Both the position numbers and the translations under genes were made by a program. A stretch of 64,000 nucleotides of DNA, from NCBI GenBank assembly GCA_964016885.1, contig OZ024740.1:16430001-16494000 (forward strand), written 5' to 3'. Positions 51,801 to 64,000 of this stretch are shown piece after piece. Under the pieces are notes generated by a model. That model saw nothing but the letters and a program-made list of their open reading frames with translations, made no database searches and was not told where the DNA came from. The stretch's first letter is position 1. Each line of letters starts with the position of its first letter. The DNA comes from Eledone cirrhosa (taxonomy: Eukaryota).

Positions 51801-54800
51801 ATATGGTGGCTTCTGGATAGAGGTTTACAGGGAGACATCAGTGTAAATATGGTGGCTTCTGGACAGAGGTTTACAGGGAGACATCAGTGTAAATATGGTG
51901 GCAGCTGGACAGAGGTTTACAGGGACACATCAGTGTAAATATGGTGGCTTCTGGACAGAGCTTTACAGGGAGACATCAGTGGTGTAAATATGGTGGCTTC
52001 TGGACAGAGATTTACAGGGAGACATCAGTGTAAATATGGTGGCATCTGGACAAAGGTTTACAGGGACATATCAGTGTAAATATGGTGGCTTCTAGACAGA
52101 GCTTTACAGGGAGATATCAGAGTAAATATGGTGGCTTCTAGACAGAGCTTTACAGGGAGATATCAGAGTGAATATGGTGGCTTCTGGACAGAGATTTACA
52201 GGGAGACATCAGTGTAAATGTGGTGGCATCTGGACAGAGGTTTACAATGAGACATCAGTGTAAATATGGTGTCTTCTGGACAGAGCTTTACAGGGAGACA
52301 TTAGTGTAAATATGGTGGCTTCTAGACAGAGCTTTACAGGGAGATATCAGAGTGAATATGGTGGCTTCTGGACAGAGGTTTACAGGGAGATATCAGTGTA
52401 AATATGGTGGCTTCTGGACAGAGCTTTACAGGGAGACATCAGTGTAAATATGGTGGCTTCTAGACAGAGGTTTACAGGGAGACATCAGTGTAAATATGGT
52501 GGCTTCTAGACAGAGCTTTACAGGGAGATATCAGTGTAAATATGGTGGCTTCTAGACGGAGGTTTACAGGGAGATATCAGTGTAAATATAGTGTCTTCTG
52601 GACAGAGCTTTACAGGGAGATATCAGAGTAAATATGGTGGCTTCTGGACAGAGCTTTACAGGGAGACATCAGTGTAAATATAGTGGCTTCTGGAGAGAGG
52701 ATTACAGGGAGACATCAGTGTAAATATGGTGGCTTCTAGACAGAGATTTACAGGGACACATCAGAGTAAATATGGTGGCTTCTAGATAGAGGTTTACAGG
52801 GAGACAACAGTGTAAATATGGTGGCTTCTAGACAGAGATTTACAGGGAGACATCTGTGTAAATATGGTGGCTTCTGGACAGAGGTTTACAGGGAGATATC
52901 AGTTTAAATATGGTGGCTTCTAGACAGAGGTTTACAGGGAGACATCAGTGTAAATATGGTGGCTTCTAGACAGAGCTTTACAGGGAGATATCAGAGTAAA
53001 TATGGTGGCTTCTAGACAAAGCATTACAGGGAGACATCAGTGTAAATATGGTGGCTTCTAGACAGAGGTTTACTAGGAAACATCAGTGTAAATATGGTGG
53101 CTTCTAGACAAAGCTTTACAGGGAGACATCAGTGTAAATATGGTGGCTTCTAGACAGAGCTTTACAGGGAGACATCAGTGTAAATATGGTGGCTTCTGGA
53201 CAGAGGTTTACAGGGAGATATCAGTGTAAATATGGTGGCTTCTAGACAGAGCTTTGCAGGGAAAAATCAGTGTAAATATGGTGGCTTTTGGACAGAGGTT
53301 TACAGGGAGACATCAGAGTAAATATGGTGGCTTCTAGACGGAGGTTTACAGGGAGACATCAGTGTAAATATGGTGGCTTCTGGATAGAGGTTTACAGGGA
53401 GACATCAGTGTAAATATGGTGGCTTCTGGACAGAGGTTTACAGGGAGACATCAGTGGTGTAAATATGGTGGCTTCTGGACAGAGATTTACAGGGAGACAT
53501 CAGTGTAAATATGGTGGCATCTGGACAAAGGTTTACAGGGACACATCAGTGTAAATATGGTGGCTTCTAGACAGAGCTTTACAGGGAGATATCAGAGTAA
53601 ATATGGTGGCTTCTAGACAGAGCTTTACAGGGAGATATCAGAGTGAATATGGTGGCTTCTGGACAGAGATTTACAGGGAGACATCAGTGTAAATGTGGTG
53701 GCATCTGGACAGAGGTTTACAATGAGACATCAGTGTAAATATGGTGTCTTCTGGACAGAGCTTTACAGGGAGACATTAGTGTAAATATGGTGGCTTCTAG
53801 ACAGAGCTTTACAGGGAGATATCAGAGTGAATATGGTGGCTTCTGGACAGAGGTTTACAGGGAGATATCAGTGTAAATATGGTGGCTTCTGGACAGAGCT
53901 TTACAGGGAGACATCAGTGTAAATATGGTGGCTTCTAGACAGAGGTTTACAGGGAGACATCAGTGTAAATATGGTGGCTTCTAGACAGAGCTTTACAGGG
54001 AGATATCAGTGTAAATATGGTGGCTTCTAGACGGAGGTTTACAGGGAGATATCAGTGTAAATATGGTGTCTTCTGGACAGAGCTTTACAGGGAGATATCA
54101 GAGTAAATATGGTGGCTTCTGGACAGAGCTTTACAGGGAGACATCAGTGTAAATATAGTGGCTTCTGGAGAGAGGATTACAGGGAGACATCAGTGTAAAT
54201 ATGGTGGCTTCTAGACAGAGATTTACAGGGACACATCAGAGTAAATATGGTGGCTTCTAGATAGAGGTTTACAGGGAGACAACAGTGTAAATATGGTGGC
54301 TTCTAGACAGAGATTTACAGGGAGACATCTGTGTAAATATGGTGGCTTCTGGACAGAGGTTTACAGGGAGATATCAGAGTAAATATGGTGGCTTCTAGAC
54401 AAAGCATTACAGGGAGACATCAGTGTAAATATGGTGGCTTCTAGACAGAGGTTTACTAGGAAACATCAGTGTAAATATGGTGGCTTCTAGACAAAGCTTT
54501 ACAGGGAGACATCAGTGTAAATATGGTGGCTTCTAGACAGAGCTTTACAGGGAGACATCAGTGTAAATATGGTGGCTTCTGGACAGAGGTTTACAGGGAG
54601 ATATCAGTGTAAATATGGTGGCTTCTAGACAGAGCTTTGCAGGGAAAAATCAGTGTAAATATGGTGGCTTTTGGACAGAGGTTTACAGGGAGACATCAGA
54701 GTAAATATGGTGGCTTCTAGACGGAGGTTTACAGGGAGACATCAGTGTAAATATGGTGGCTTCTGGATAGAGGTTTACAGGGAGACATCAATGTAAATAT

Positions 54801-57800
54801 GGTGGCTTCTGGACAGAGGTTTACAGGGAGACATTAGTGTAAATATGGTGGCTTCTGGACAGAGGTTTATAGGGAGATATCAGTGTTAATATGGTGGCTT
54901 CTGGACAGAGGTTTACAGGGAGACATCAGTGTAAATGTAGTGGCATCTGGACAGAGGTTTACAGGGAGACATCAGTGTAAATATGGTGTCTTCTGGACAG
55001 AGCTTTACAGGTTGATATCAGAGTAAATATGGTGGCTTCTAGACAAAGCTTTACAGGGAGACATCAGTGTAAATATGGTGGCTTCTAGACAGAGGTTTAC
55101 TGGGAGACATCAGTGTAAATATGGTGGCTTCTAGACAAAGTTTTACAGGGAGACATCAGTGTAAATATGGTGGCTTCTAGACAGAGCTTTACAGGGAGAC
55201 ATTAGTGTAAATATGGTGGCTTCTAGTCAGAGCTTTACGGGGAGATATCAGAGTAAATATGGTGGCTTCTAGACAAAGCTTTACAGGGAGACATCAGTGT
55301 AAATATGGTGGCTTCTAGACAGAGGTATACTGGGAGACATCAGTGTAAATATGGTGGCTTCTAGACAAAGTTTTACAGGGAGACATCAGTGTAAATATGG
55401 TGGCTTCTAGACAGAGCTTTACAGGGAGACATCAGTGTAAATATGATGGCTTCTAGACAGAGCTTTACAGGGAGACATCAGTGTAAAAATAGTTGCTTCT
55501 GGACGGAGCTTTACAGGGAGACAACAGTGTAAATATGGTGGCTTCTAGACAGAGCTTTACAGGGAGACATCAGTGTAAAAATGGTTGCTTCTGGACAGAA
55601 GTTTACAGGGAGACATCATTGTAAATATGGTGGCTTCTGGACAGATGTTTACAGGGAGACATCAGTGTAAATATATTGGCTTCTAGACAGAGGTTTACAG
55701 GGAGACATCAGTGTAAATATAGTGGCTTCTGGAGAGAGGTTTACAGGGAGACATCAGTGTAAATATGGTGGCTTCTAGACAGAGATTTACAGGGACACAT
55801 CAGAGTAAATATGGTGGATTCTAGATAGAGGTTTACAGGGAGACAACAGTGTAAATATGGTGGCTTCTAGACAGAGATTTACAGGGAGACATCTGTGTAA
55901 ATATGGTGGCTTCTGGACAGAGGTTTACAGGGAGATATCAGTTTAAATATGGTGGCTTCTAGACAGAGGTTTACAGGGAGACATCAGTGTAAATATGGTG
56001 GCTTCTAGACAGAGCTTTACAGGGAGATATCAGAGTAAATATGGTGGCTTCTAGACAAAGCATTACAGGGAGACATCAGTGTAAATATGGTGGCTTCTAG
56101 ACAGAGGTTTACTAGGAAACATCAGTGTAAATATGGTGGCTTCTAGACAAAGCTTTACAGGGAGACATCAGTGTAAATATGGTGGCTTCTAGACAGAGTT
56201 TTACAGGGAGACATCAGTGTAAATATGGTGGCTTCTGGACAGAGGTTTACAGGGAGATATCAGTGTAAATATGGTGGCTTCTAGACAGAGCTTTGCAGGG
56301 AAAAATCAGTGTAAATATGGTGGCTTTTGGACAGAGGTTTACAGGGAGACATCAGAGTAAATATGGTGGCTTCTAGACGGAGGTTTACAGGGAGACATCA
56401 GTGTAAATATGGTGGCTTCTGGATAGAGGTTTACAGGGAGACATCAGTGTAAATATGGTGGCTTCTGGACAGAGGTTTACAGGGAGACATTAGTGTAAAT
56501 ATGGTGGCTTCTAGACAGAGGTTTACTAGGAAACATCAGTGTAAATATGGTGGCTTCTAGACAAAGCTTTACAGGGAGACATCAGTGTAAATATGGTGGC
56601 TTCTAGACAGAGCTTTACAGGGAGACATCAGTGAAAATATGGTGGCTTCTGGACAGAGGTTTACAGGGAGATATCAGTGTAAATATGGTGGCTTCTAGAC
56701 AGAGCTTTGCAGGGAGAAATCAGTGTAAATATGGTGGCTTTTGGACAGAGGTTTACAGGGAGACATCAGAGTAAATATGGTGGCTTCTAGACGGAGGTTT
56801 ACAGGGAGACATCAGTGTAAATATGGTGGCTTCTGGATAGAGGTTTACAGGGAGACATCAGTGTAAATATGGTGGCTTCTGGACAGATGTTTACAGGGAG
56901 ACATTAGTGTAAATATGGTGGCTTCTGGACAGAGGTTTATAGGGAGATATCAGTGTTAATATGGTGGCTTCTGGACAGAGGTTTACAGGGAGACATCAGT
57001 GTAAATGTGGTGGCATCTGGACAGAGGTTTACAGGGAGACATCAGTGTAAATATGGTGTCTTCTGGACAGAGCTTTACATGTTGATATCAGAGTAAATAT
57101 GGTGGCTTCTAGACAAAGCTTTACAGGGAGACATCAGTGTAAATATGGTGGCTTCTAGACAGAGGTTTACTGGGAGACATCAGTGTAAATATGGTGGCTT
57201 CTAGACAAAGGTTTACAGGGAGACATCAGTGTAAATATGGTGGCTTCTAGACAGAGCTTTACAGGGAGACATTAGTGTAAATATGGTGGCTTCTAGTCAG
57301 AGCTTTACAGGGAGATATCAGAGTAAATATGGTGGCTTCTAGACAAAGCTTTACAGGGAGACATCAGTGTAAATATGGTGGCTTCTAGACAGAGGTATAC
57401 TGGGAGACATCAGTGTAAATATGGTGGATTCTAGACAAAGTTTTACAGGGAGACATCAGTGTAAATATGGTGGCTTCTAGACAGAGCTTTACAGGGAGAC
57501 ATCAGTGTAAATATGATGGCTTCTAGACAGAGCTTTACAGGGAGACATCAGTGTAAAAATAGTTGCTTCTGGACGGAGCTTTACAGGGAGACAACAGTGT
57601 AAATATGGTGGCTTCTAGACAGAGCTTTACAGGGAGACATCAGTGTAAAAAATAGTTGCTTCTGGACAGAAGTTTATAGGGAGACATCATTGTAAATATG
57701 GTGGCTTCTGGACAGATGTTTACAGGGAGACATCAGTGTAAATATATTGGCTTCTAGACAGAGGTTTACAGGGAGACATCAGTGTAAATATGGTGGCTTC

Positions 57801-58150
57801 TGGATAGAGGTTTACAGGGAGACATCAGTGTAAATATGGTGGCTTCTGGACAGAGGTTTACAGGGAGACATCAGTGTAAATATGGTGGCAGCTGGACAGA
57901 GGTTTACAGGGACACATCAGTGTAAATATGGTGGCTTCTGGACAGAGCTTTACAGGGAGACATCAGTGGTGTAAATATGGTGGCTTCTGGACAGAGATTT
58001 ACAGGGAGACATCAGTGTAAATATGGTGGCATCTGGACAAAGGTTTACAGGGACACATCAGTGTAAATATGGTGGCTTCTAGACAGAGCTTTACAGGGAG
58101 ATATCAGAGTAAATATGGTGGCTTCTAGACAGAGATTTACAGGGAGATAT
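48850..58150. repeat. Nested duplications: 45-monomer (2070 bp) pairs repeated at offset 5987 (130 monomers), plus a 32-monomer (1475 bp) pair
   Basis: AATAGTTGCTTCTGGACGG at 49501, 51571, 55488, 57558 (offsets 2070 and 5987). Shared +A homopolymer variant at 51660/57647. CAGTGGTG at 51977/53452 (1475 = 32x46 + 3). Confidence 0.85.
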
Positions 58151-61100
58151 CAGAGTAAATATGGTGGCTTCTAGACAAAGCTTTACAGGGAGACATCAGT
58201 GTAAATATGGTGGCTTCTAGACAGGTTTACTGGGAGACATCAGTGTAAATATCTTGGCTTCTAGACAAAGCTTTACAGGGAGACATCAGTGTAAATATGG
58301 TGGCTTCTAGACAGAGCTTTACAGGGACACATCAGTGTAAATATGGTGGCTTCTAGACAAAGCTTTACAGGGAGACATCAGTGTAAATATGGTGGCTTCT
58401 AGACAAAGCTTTACAGGAAGACATCAGTGTAAATATGGTGGCATCTGGACAAAGGTTTACAGGGACACATCAGTGTAAATATGGTGGCTTCTGGACAGAT
58501 GTTTACAGGGAGACATCAGTGTAAATATATTGGCTTCTAGACAGAGGTTTACAGGGAGACATCAGTGTAAATATGGTGGCTTCTGGATAGAGGTTTACAG
58601 GGAGACATCAGTGTAAATATGGTGGCTTCTGGACAGAGGTTTACAGGGAGACATCAGTGTAAATATGGTGGCAGCTGGACAGAGGTTTACAGGGACACAT
58701 CAGTGTAAATATGGTGGCTTCTGGACAGAGCTTTACAGGGAGACATCAGTGGTGTAAATATGGTGGCTTCTGGACAGAGATTTACAGGGAGACATTAGTG
58801 TAAATATGGTGGCTTCTAGACAGAGCTTTACAGGGAGATATCAGAGTGAATATGGTGGCTTCTGGACAGAAGTTTACAGGGAGATATCAGTGTAAATATG
58901 GTGGCTTCTAGACAGAGCTTTACAGCGAGATATCAGTGTAAATATGGTGGCTTCTAGACGGAGGTTTACAGGGAGATATCAGTGTAAATATGGTGTCTTC
59001 TGGACAGAGATTTACAGGGAGATATCAGAGTAAATATGGTGGCTTCTGGACAGAGCTTTACAGGGAGACATCAGTGTAAATATAGTGGCTTCTGGAGAGA
59101 GGATTTCAGGGAGACATCAGTGTAAATATGGTGGCTTCTGGACAGAGATTTACAGAGACACATCAGAGTAAATATGGTGGCTTCTGGACAGAGGTTTACA
59201 GGGAGATATCAGTGTAAATATGGTGGCTTCTAGACAGAGGTTTACAGGGAGACATCAGTGTAAATATGGTGGCTTCTAGACAGAGCTTTACAGGGAGATA
59301 TCAGAGTAAATATGGTGGCTTCTAGACAAAACATTACAGGGAGACATCAGTGTAAATATGGTGGCTTCTAGACAAGGCTTTACAGGGAGACATCAGTGTA
59401 AATATGGTGGCTTCTTGACAGAGCTTTACAGGGAGACATCAGTGTAAATATAGTGGCTTCTGGAGAGAGGATTACAGGGAGACATCAGTGTAAATATGGT
59501 GGCTTCTAGACAGAGATTTACAGGGACACATCAGAGTAAATATGGTGGCTTCTGGACAGAGGTTTACAGGGAGATATCAGTGTAAATATGGTGGCTTCTA
59601 GACAGAGGTTTACAGGGAGACATCAGTGTAAATATGGTGGCTTCTAGACAGAGCTTTACAGGGAGATATCAGAGTAAATATGGTGGCTTCTAGACAAAGC
59701 ATTACAGGGAGACATCAGTGTAAATATGGTGGCTTCTAGACAGAGGTTTACTGGGAAACATCAGTGTAAATATGGTGGCTTCTAGACAAAGCTTTACAGG
59801 GAGACATCAGTGTAAATATGGTGGCTTCTAGACAGAGCTTTACAGGGAGACATCAGTGTAAATATGGTGGCTTCGGGGAGAGAGGTTTACAGGGAGATAT
59901 CAGTGTAAATATGGTGGCTTCTAGACAGAGCTTTGCAGGGAGAAATCAGTGTAAATATGGTGGCTTTTGGACAGAGGTTTACAGGGAGACATCAGAGTAA
60001 ATATGGTGGCTTCTAGACGGAGGTTTACAGGGAGACATCAGTGTAAATATGGTGGCTTCTGGATAGAGGTTTACAGGGAGACATCAGTGTAAATATGGTG
60101 GCTTCTGGACAGAGGTTTACAGGGAGACATTAGTGTAAATATGGTGGCTTCTGGACAGAGGTTTATAGGGAGATATCAGTGTTAATATGGTGGCTTCTGG
60201 ACAGAGGTTTACAGGGAGACATCAGTGTAAATGTGGTGGCATCTGGACAGAGGTTTACAGGGAGACATCAGTGTAAATATGGTGTCTTCTGGACAGAGCT
60301 TTACAGGTTGATATCAGAGTAAATATGGTGGCTTCTAGACAAAGCTTTACAGGGAGACATCAGTGTAAATATGGTGGCTTCTAGACAGAGGTTTACTGGG
60401 AGACATCAGTGTAAATATGGTGGCTTCTAGACAAAGTTTTACAGGGAGACATCAGTGTAAATATGGTGGCTTCTAGACAGAGCTTTACAGGGAGACATTA
60501 GTGTAAATATGGTGGCTTCTAGTCAGAGCTTTACGGGGAGATATCAGAGTAAATATGGTGGCTTCTAGACAAAGCTTTACAGGGAGACATCAGTGTAAAT
60601 ATGGTGGCTTCTAGACAGAGGTATACTGGGAGACATCAGTGTAAATATGGTGGCTTCTAGACAAAGTTTTACAGGGAGACATCAGTGTAAATATGGTGGC
60701 TTCTAGACAGAGCTTTACAGGGAGACATCAGTGTAAATATGATGGCTTCTAGACAGAGCTTTACAGGGAGACATCAGTGTAAAAATAGTTGCTTCTGGAC
60801 GGAGCTTTACAGGGAGACAACAGTGTAAATATGGTGGCTTCTAGACAGAGCTTTACAGGGAGACATCAGTGTAAAAATGGTTGCTTCTGGACAGAAGTTT
60901 ACAGGGAGACATCATTGTAAATATGGTGGCTTCTGGACAGATGTTTACAGGGAGACATCAGTGTAAATATATTGGCTTCTAGACAGAGGTTTACAGGGAG
61001 ACATCAGTGTAAATATAGTGGCTTCTGGAGAGAGGATTACAGGGAGACATCAGTGTAAATATGGTGGCTTCTAGACAGAGATTTACAGGGACACATCAGA

Positions 61101-64000
61101 GTAAATATGGTGGCTTCTAGATAGAGGTTTACAGGGAGACAACAGTGTAAATATGGTGGCTTCTAGACAGAGATTTACAGGGAGACATCTGTGTAAATAT
61201 GGTGGCTTCTGGACAGAGGTTTACAGGGAGATATCAGTTTAAATATGGTGGCTTCTAGACAGAGGTTTACAGGGAGACATCAGTGTAAATATGGTGGCTT
61301 CTAGACAGAGCTTTACAGGGAGATATCAGAGTAAATATGGTGGCTTCTACACAAAGCATTACAGGGAGACATCAGTGTAAATATGGTGGCTTCTAGACAG
61401 AGGTTTACTAGGAAACATCAGTGTAAATATGGTGGCTTCTAGACAAAGCTTTACAGGGAGACATCAGTGTAAATATGGTGGCTTCTAGACAGAGTTTTAC
61501 AGGGAGACATCAGTGTAAATATGGTGGCTTCTGGACAGAGGTTTACAGGGAGATATCAGTGTAAATATGGTGGCTTCTAGACAGAGCTTTGCAGGGAAAA
61601 ATCAGTGTAAATATGGTGGCTTTTGGACAGAGGTTTACAGGGAGACATCAGAGTAAATATGGTGGCTTCTAGACGGAGGTTTACAGGGAGACATCAGTGT
61701 AAATATGGTGGCTTCTGGATAGAGGTTTACAGGGAGACATCAGTGTAAATATGGTGGCTTCTGGACAGAGGTTTACAGGGAGACATTAGTGTAAATATGG
61801 TGGCTTCTAGACAGAGGTTTACTAGGAAACATCAGTGTAAATATGGTGGCTTCTAGACAAAGCTTTACAGGGAGACATCAGTGTAAATATGGTGGCATCT
61901 AGACAGAGCTTTACAGGGAGACATCAGTGTAAATATGGTGGCTTCTGGACAGAGGTTTACAGGGAGATATCAGTGTAAATATGGTGGCTTCTAGACAGAG
62001 CTTTGCAGGGAGAAATCAGTGTAAATATGGTGGCTTTTGGACAGAGGTTTACAGGGAGACATCAGAGTAAATATGGTGGCTTCTAGACGGAGGTTTACAG
62101 GGAGACATCAGTGTAAATATGGTGGCTTCTGGATAGAGGTTTACAGGGAGACATCAGTGTAAATATGGTGGCTTCTGGACAGAGGTTTACAGGGAGACAT
62201 TAGTGTAAATATGGTGGCTTCTGGACAGAGGTTTATAGGGAGATATCAGTGTTAATATGGTGGCTTCTGGACAGATGTTTACAGGGAGACATCAGTGTAA
62301 ATATATTGGCTTCTAGACAGAGGTTTACAGGGAGACATCAGTGTAAATATAGTGGCTTCTGGAGAGAGGATTACAGGGAGGCATCAGTGTAAATATGGTG
62401 GCTTCTAGACAGAGATTTACAGGGACACATCAGAGTAAATATGGTGGCTTCTAGATAGAGGTTTACAGGGAGACAACAGTGTAAATATGGTGGCTTCTAG
62501 ACAGAGGTTTACAGGGAGACATCAGTGTAAATATGGTGGCTTCTAGACAGAGCTTTACAGGGAGATATCAGAGTAAATATGGTGGCTTCTAGACAAAGCA
62601 TTACAGGGAGACATCAGTGTAAATATGATGGCTTCTAGACAGAGGTTTACTAGGAAACATCAGTGTAAATATGGTGGCTTCTAGACAAAGCTTTACAGGG
62701 AGACATCAGTGTAAATATGGTGGCTTCTAGACAGAGTTTTACAGGGAGACATCAGTGTAAATATGGTGGCTTCTGGACAGAGGTTTACAGGGAGATATCA
62801 GTGTAAATATGGTGGCTTCTAGACAGAGCTTTGCAGGGAAAAATCAGTGTAAATATGGTGGCTTTTGGACAGACGTTTACAGGGAGACATCAGAGTAAAT
62901 ATGGTGGCTTCTAGACGGAGGTTTACAGGGAGACATCAGTGTAAATATGGTGGCTTCTGGATAGAGGTTTACAGGGAGACATCAGTGTAAATATGGTGGC
63001 TTCTGAACAGAGGTTTACAGGGAGACATTAGTGTAAATATGGTGGCTTCTAGACAGAGGTTTACTAGGAAACATCAGTGTAAATATGGTGGCTTCTAGAC
63101 AAAGCTTTACAGGGAGACATCAGTGTAACTATGGTGGCTTCTAGACAGAGCTTTACAGGGAGACATCAGTGTAAATATGGTGGCTTCTGGACAGAGGTTT
63201 ACAGGGAGATATCAGTGTAAATATGGTGGCTTCTAGACAGAGCTTTGCAGGGAGAAATCAGTGTAAATATGGTGGCTTTTGGACAGAGGTTTACAGGGAG
63301 ACATCAGAGTAAATATGGTGGCTTCTAGACGGAGGTTTACAGGGAGACATCAGTGTAAATATGGTGGCTTCTGGATAGAGGTTTATAGGGAGATATCAGT
63401 GTTAATATGGTGGCTTCTGGACAGAGGTTTACAGGGAGACATCAGTGTAAATGTGGTGGCATCTGGACAGAGGTTTACAGGGAGACATCAGTGTAAATAT
63501 GGTGTCTTCTGGACAGAGCTTTACAGGTTGATATCAGAGTAAATATGGTGGCTTCTAGACAAAGCTTTACAGGGAGACATCAGTGTAAATATGGTGGCTT
63601 CTAGACAGAGGTTTACTGGGAGACATCAGTGTAAATATGGTGGCTTCTAGACAAAGTTTTACAGGGAGACATCAGTGTAAATATGGTGGCTTCTAGACAG
63701 AGCTTTACAGGGAGACATTAGTGTAAATATGGTGGCTTCTAGTCAGAGCTTTACAGGGAGATATCAGAGTAAATATGGTGGCTTCTAGACAAAGCTTTAC
63801 AGGGAGACATCAGTGTAAATATGGTGGCTTCTAGACAGAGGTATACTGGGAGACATCAGTGTAAATATGGTGGCTTCTAGACAAAGTTTTACAGGGAGAC
63901 ATCAGGGTAAATATGGTGGCTTCTGGACAGAGGTTTACAGGGAGACATTAGTGTAAATATGGTGGCTTCTGGACAGAGGTTTATAGGGAGATATCAGTGT

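Larger units (their letters stand above)
1..64000. repeat. Tandem satellite array, 46-bp monomer, ~1,390 copies, single orientation
   Basis: TAAATATGG recurs at 1, 47, 93, 139 and onward to the end of the window. Consensus TAAATATGGTGGCTTCTRGACAGAGSTTTACAGGGAGAYATCAGTG (43-46% GC); most monomers differ from it by 0-4 substitutions. The ORF translations repeat every 46 aa (3 x 46 bp). Confidence 0.99.

Noticed and set aside
3824-63542. Eleven 60-87 aa ORFs (MVASGQRFTGRHQCKYGGFW...)
   Set aside because: They are translations of the repeat cycling through three frames (46 is not divisible by 3). The consensus TAA closes each frame every third monomer, and ORFs appear only where chance variants remove it. 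No recognisable domain or gene context.
1-64000. CRISPR array or repeat-spacer system
   Set aside because: Monomers abut directly with no unique spacers, variation is point-like and inherited in blocks, and there are no cas genes or leader.
1-64000. Telomerase-type telomeric repeat, suggested by G-skew
   Set aside because: The unit is longer than the telomerase repeats I know, there is no TTAGGG-type motif, and block-inherited variants indicate recombination, not templated synthesis. A subtelomeric location cannot be excluded.

Overview
The whole 64-kb window is one uninterrupted, head-to-tail tandem array (satellite/minisatellite DNA) of a 46-bp monomer. The consensus is TAAATATGGTGGCTTCTRGACAGAGSTTTACAGGGAGAYATCAGTG, about 1,390 copies (64000/46), all in the same orientation, with both array ends outside the window. 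I see no genes, RNA genes, transposons, CRISPR spacers or unique sequence; the listed ORFs are frame-cycling translations of the repeat. The informative content is the variant pattern: two dimorphic positions, rare 43/44/49-bp indel monomers, a recurrent ordered cassette of variant monomers, and nested higher-order duplications (30, 32, 40, 45, 49, ~90, ~102 and 130 monomers) that split the array into domains. This organisation is typical of eukaryotic satellite DNA, but I cannot identify the organism or a named family. I find no supportable evidence for a novel biological system; the functional ideas below (motif density, G-tract switch) are hypotheses only. Offsets were worked out by hand from marker variants and boundaries are approximate.
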